Shown here piece by piece: positions 60,368 through 64,000 of a stretch of DNA of 64,000 bases. Both the position numbers and the translations under genes were made by a program. The notes under the pieces are model-generated. The model searched no databases. It was not told the DNA's origin and saw only the letters and a program-made list of their open reading frames with translations. This stretch comes from an uncultured Nitrospiraceae bacterium (GTDB lineage Bacteria; Nitrospirota; Thermodesulfovibrionia; Thermodesulfovibrionales; UBA6898): NCBI GenBank assembly GCA_963811165.1, contig CAWEQH010000004.1, positions 512,001-576,000 of the forward strand, written 5' to 3'. The stretch's first letter is position 1, and each line of letters opens with the position of its first letter.

Positions 60368-61255
60368 CTACTTCGTCTTACCCGACCGCGACGGCTTCTT
60401 TTGCCCCGTCTTTCCTTCGAGGTCGTCGACGAATTGCCTCGCTGCTCTGCCCGAAAAACTTCCATGGGCCATAGACCACTGCATTGCCTTTTCTCTTAAT
60501 TCCTGCTGCTGCAGTCCGATCTTTTTAAGGTGGGCATAGTTATCGATGATGGAGAGATAGGTCTCCATATCGAAATGCGGGAACCCGAACCTCAGGCCGA
60601 ACCTGTCGCTAAGCGAGAGCTTTTCTTCCAAGCTATCGGCTGGATGAAGTTCCCCATCCGTAAGTACCGGGAGGTTATCGGAGGTCTTCTCAGGCATGAG
60701 ATGGCGCCTGTTAGAGGTGGCGTATATGAGCATGTTCGCGGGCCGTGTCTCAAGCCCTCCCTCAAGGACGGTTTTTATCTGCCGGTAGGATTTTTCGTCT
60801 TCCTCGAAGGAAAGGTCGTCACAGTAAATGATGAACTTCTCCTTCCTTTTTTTTATCATTTCCGCGACTTCGAGGGTATGCACAAGCGTGTCTCTTTGCA
60901 TCTCGATCATCCTTAGTCCCCTGCCGGCGTATGCATTGAATACGGCCTTTACCGCAGAGGATTTCCCGGTCCCCCTTGGTCCGTAGAGTAATACGTTATT
61001 GCAGGGAAGGCCCCCGAGGAATTGTTCGGTATTGGCCTTTAGCCCTTGTATCACGGCGTCTATGCCCTTCAGTTCGCGAAATCTTACCGGATCAGGGTCT
61101 TTGATCCCCTTTAGAAGGAGTATATCCTGACGGGAATATGCTTGAAATGCCCTGAAGGCATCGAAGATGCCGGTGTCCTGAGAGGGCGACACGGCATCGG
61201 CAAGCCGCTTAAGCGTCTTATTCAGCAATCGTAATTCCTTTAGAAGTTCATTCAT
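60368..61255 (-). CDS. DUF815 family AAA+ ATPase
   Basis: NTEQF, NNVLLYGPRGTGKSS, DDLSFE, YATSNRRHL, EEKLSLSDRFGL, SGRAARQF. Confidence 0.92.
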   Translation of the reverse strand: MNELLKELRLLNKTLKRLADAVSPSQDTGIFDAFRAFQAYSRQDILLLKGIKDPDPVRFRELKGIDAVIQGLKANTEQFLGGLPCNNVLLYGPRGTGKSSAVKAVFNAYAGRGLRMIEMQRDTLVHTLEVAEMIKKRKEKFIIYCDDLSFEEDEKSYRQIKTVLEGGLETRPANMLIYATSNRRHLMPEKTSDNLPVLTDGELHPADSLEEKLSLSDRFGLRFGFPHFDMETYLSIIDNYAHLKKIGLQQQELREKAMQWSMAHGSFSGRAARQFVDDLEGKTGQKKPSRSGKTK

Positions 61256-61352
61256 GGCATAGCTCCGGGATCGACTCTCTCATACACGAAATCCAGTCGC
61301 ACCAATTATATCTCAAAAAAGATTTGTTGGCCAACAGGTAATGAGGTTTTTT

Positions 61353-61380
61353 GTAGGGGCAATTCGCAAATTGCCCCTAC
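61353..61380. repeat. GTAG-type REP palindrome
   Basis: GTAGGGGCAATT-cgca-AATTGCCCCTAC. Confidence 0.75.
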
Positions 61381-61399
61381 TATTGCGATGGATGTTTTC

Positions 61400-62002
61400 T
61401 TATTTCATCCCCGGGGCAAACATGCCTGCCGTGGGGTAAGAAATGAAGGAGCGGGAGATGCCGCCGATAACCAAGAAAATAATAATGGCTGCAACAATGA
61501 CTGCGACCGTATATCCGACCGATTTTTCCTGAGGTGACTTCATCAGGACGGGAAGACCCAGGTAAAGAAGATATAAGCCGTAGAGACCCAAGATGCTAAG
61601 GACACCCAATAAAGGGACAATCATAAAAATACCGCACAGCCAGCCCGGGGTATAGGAATATGCAGCCAATTTAAAGGCCTGGTTTATGTTCTTTTGGCCT
61701 GAGAAGGTGGGGGCCAAAGCATCAATTATTATTGCCAGGACGTATACGCCTGCCAAGGTCAGGACGTACTGCACTATGGCCGAGCTCACGGAGGTCATTA
61801 TCGGGACCCGGTATGAACCTACGAACGGCAGAGTTATGCCCACAATAGACATCCCTATGACTGATGCCGCCGGCCCGATGGCCGCAAGAATGATAATGTA
61901 GGACTTATACAGATCTGCAATGCTTGAAGTTTCCCCCGAAATAGTCTGCCATTCCTGATTAGGCCTGAGCAAAATGCCTTTGCAACGTTCAACCAGATCC
62001 AT
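61400..62002 (-). CDS. Yip1 family membrane protein
   Basis: ILLRP..EW..I, IIDALAPTF, AYSYTP.W, LYGLYLLYLGLP.LM. Confidence 0.9.
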   Translation of the reverse strand: MDLVERCKGILLRPNQEWQTISGETSSIADLYKSYIIILAAIGPAASVIGMSIVGITLPFVGSYRVPIMTSVSSAIVQYVLTLAGVYVLAIIIDALAPTFSGQKNINQAFKLAAYSYTPGWLCGIFMIVPLLGVLSILGLYGLYLLYLGLPVLMKSPQEKSVGYTVAVIVAAIIIFLVIGGISRSFISYPTAGMFAPGMK

Positions 62003-62206
62003 GCTTTCTTCCTCCTTTTTTAAGAACCGTTATGTGTTACGATAACACCAGGCAGCTTTATTCTACGGGAGGAAATCCCCGATGTAAAGGTAAAATCACA
62101 TTTTCTGACCGGGTATAAGCCCTGGTACCCAAGTCATGATTTTAAGAAAAAACTATTGATGATATAATACCGCGGTGTGAAAGAAAGGATCTGTTACGGG
62201 TGAGGA

Positions 62207-63241
62207 ATGAAAAAGAAAAAAATCATAGACGTCGGCTCCGGCATATGCCCTCTGGGACCTTCCAATAAGGTCAAGGCCGCGATAAGGAAGGCAATCAAGG
62301 AGATAAAAGATACTCCCGATGCTTCGCGTAAGAGACTGGAAAGGGTTTTTTTATCGAAGTTCGGACTCTTGCATGACCGGGTCCTTTTTGCGAACTCTGT
62401 CGGAGAACTCCTCTACGCGGTTGTTAGGGCACTGGGGCCAAAGAGGGTGCTCATAATGGGTCCGGCGACGCGCATTTATGAAGAGGCAGCGTCCACGATA
62501 GGGGCAGAGGTACTCTATCTCGATTCTCACGAGGACTCGGGGTTTGCGGTCGATGCCGGGGAGTTTATCAAAAACCTGGAAGGCGTTGATCTGGTGTGTA
62601 TCGCCGATCCGAACCGTATTACGGGAAGATCTGTCGATGGGGCAACGATTTCTCTCATAATGGAAAGCGCAACTAAAAAGAAATTGTTCGTGGTCATTGA
62701 CGAATCCCTCGCGGAGTTTACATCCCGGGAAGGGTTTGGTCCCGCCGCCAAGGCGGAAGGGAATGTGATCACGTTAAGGACGACCGCGTATTTTTACGGC
62801 CTGCCGGGGCTCGAGCTTGCATATGCTGTTTCGGACGAGGCGACTATCCGGAGACTTGCGATGGGGAAAGATTGCAGCCTTAATATGCTCTCTATCGAGG
62901 CGGCAAGGGCTGCGCTCAAAGACGAGACTTACAGGAAGCTCACGCGCCGTTTTATTTCGGATGAGAAGAAGCTCCTTTCAATGGAGATGGAGAGGGTCGG
63001 GGGCATCGCCTATATAGATTCCGATTCGAACGCATATCTTGTTAAGTTGGTCCGTCCGGAGGAGGGGCTGCTGAACTCCTTCTTGAGCTCTGGTTTTTTT
63101 ATACGGGACTGCGGCGATATCTCAGGGCTTGGAAAGTCTTTCCTCAGGTTCTCGGTAATGAGCCACGACAGGAATCAGAAACTGCTCAGGTTGATTAAGA
63201 CGCTCGTCCCGCCTTCTACCGTGTCCCAAATTGGCCGCTAG
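62207..63241 (+). CDS. Class I/II aminotransferase-fold protein (CobD/HisC-like), catalytic Lys apparently absent
   Basis: PLGPS, DES, LRTTAYFYGLPGL, IRDC, FLRFSV. Confidence 0.8.
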   Translation: MKKKKIIDVGSGICPLGPSNKVKAAIRKAIKEIKDTPDASRKRLERVFLSKFGLLHDRVLFANSVGELLYAVVRALGPKRVLIMGPATRIYEEAASTIGAEVLYLDSHEDSGFAVDAGEFIKNLEGVDLVCIADPNRITGRSVDGATISLIMESATKKKLFVVIDESLAEFTSREGFGPAAKAEGNVITLRTTAYFYGLPGLELAYAVSDEATIRRLAMGKDCSLNMLSIEAARAALKDETYRKLTRRFISDEKKLLSMEMERVGGIAYIDSDSNAYLVKLVRPEEGLLNSFLSSGFFIRDCGDISGLGKSFLRFSVMSHDRNQKLLRLIKTLVPPSTVSQIGR

Positions 63242-63501
63242 GGTGTGGGTGGTGTTATGGTATGGACATCCTCGTGCTTGTCGACGAGTTTCCCGGTCAC
63301 TGTGTCGATGACGTAATATCCGCTGTGATGACCGTATGTCCCTATTGAAGAGGCCCATGCTGATATCTGGTATCTGTTTACAGGGTCGGCTTGTGGTCCG
63401 GCAGCTGCCGGCCTGATAGAGAATAGGCCGCTGATGAGATTCAGACAAAGCAGCACGGCGATGGCGGAAAGCACGGCTTTTGTGAATAGGTCTGTCTTCA
63501 T
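63238..63501 (-). CDS. Small secreted hypothetical protein
   Basis: MKTDLFTKAVLSAIAVLL signal-like N-terminus; RYQISAW...VIDTVTG; AGGAGG RBS. Confidence 0.7.
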   Translation of the reverse strand: MKTDLFTKAVLSAIAVLLCLNLISGLFSIRPAAAGPQADPVNRYQISAWASSIGTYGHHSGYYVIDTVTGKLVDKHEDVHTITPPTP

Positions 63502-63710
63502 GATGTTCCTCCTGTTGCATTATTCGTAGGCTTTTACACAAATTATCACCATCGCTTTGGATTGTCAATGCCGGAAGGGCTTTGGGAGGTGCCCAAATGA
63601 AGGGGGGAATATGCTAAAATACAGAACATTTTTTTTGTAGTTCCCAGTGAATGGTGTTTGTGAGGATGCAAGCCTGGGTATCGGCATTATTCTTTGTCTT
63701 TTTGCAGGTG

Positions 63711-63807
63711 GCGAGCGGCCCTGCGCAACAGGAAGGTGTGAACCTCGTCAGATCCGGAAGGAAGCAGCGATAAGCATTATCCCTGTGTGCCGCAGCAAGT
63801 CGTTCGC
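63711..63807 (+). ncRNA. ffs: Signal recognition particle RNA (core)
   Basis: Helix-8 signature GTCAGATCCGGAAGGAAGCAGC; closing stem GCGAGCGGC/GTCGTTCGC; upstream of dnaX as is typical. Confidence 0.93.
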
Positions 63808-63887
63808 GGCCTGCAATAAGACAAAGTGTCGAACGGCGAATGCCGTCGCGGGACCATCGGCCGCGCACGTTTACGCACTTAAAGAGT

Positions 63888-64000
63888 ATGGGTTACCTCG
63901 TATTAGCAAGAAAGTGGAGACCGCGGGGATTTGACGACCTTGTGGGCCAGGAGCCGATCATGCGCATCCTGAAAAACGCCATTTCGCAGGGCAAGATCGC
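63888..64000 (+). CDS. dnaX: DNA polymerase III gamma/tau (5' part only)
   Basis: Not in ORF track. MGYLVLARKWRPRGFDDLVGQEPIMRILKNAISQGKI. Confidence 0.93.
   Translation, partial: MGYLVLARKWRPRGFDDLVGQEPIMRILKNAISQGKI

Overview
Bacterial chromosomal window of moderate GC. Gene content and order suggest an anaerobic Nitrospirota (Thermodesulfovibrionia-like) organism; this taxonomy is an inference. Core blocks: yajQ; rseC-EF-G2-rmlACBD; a minus-strand pheA-hisC-aroF-tyrA-aroA-cmk-ispH-rpsA-sppA-ihfB operon; an aryl-acid module (amidohydrolase, iorAB, two phenylacetate-CoA ligases, ACT protein, Liv-type ABC transporter, divergent porin); LysR/leuCD; SRP RNA and the start of dnaX. Accessory patches hold small stress-type proteins, an OmcF-like cytochrome lipoprotein, a DUF1566 protein with a DGR-like C-terminus, a TMEM175 channel, a second DAHP synthase, a PerR-katG pair with a GC-rich katG, chromate transporters and a c-di-GMP-I riboswitch ahead of two tiny genes. 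The most striking element is a ~1060-aa secreted 'beads-on-a-string' cytochrome (26798-29980). It has 8 separate mono-heme domains, Pro/Thr linkers, a duplicated unknown beta-rich domain and recent 12-bp and 234-bp tandem expansions, and resembles an enlarged Geobacter PgcA. Several miniature mobile or repeat elements lie in intergenic DNA. I found no tRNA, rRNA, CRISPR array, transposase, integrase or reverse transcriptase. All family assignments are by motif recognition; no searches were run.
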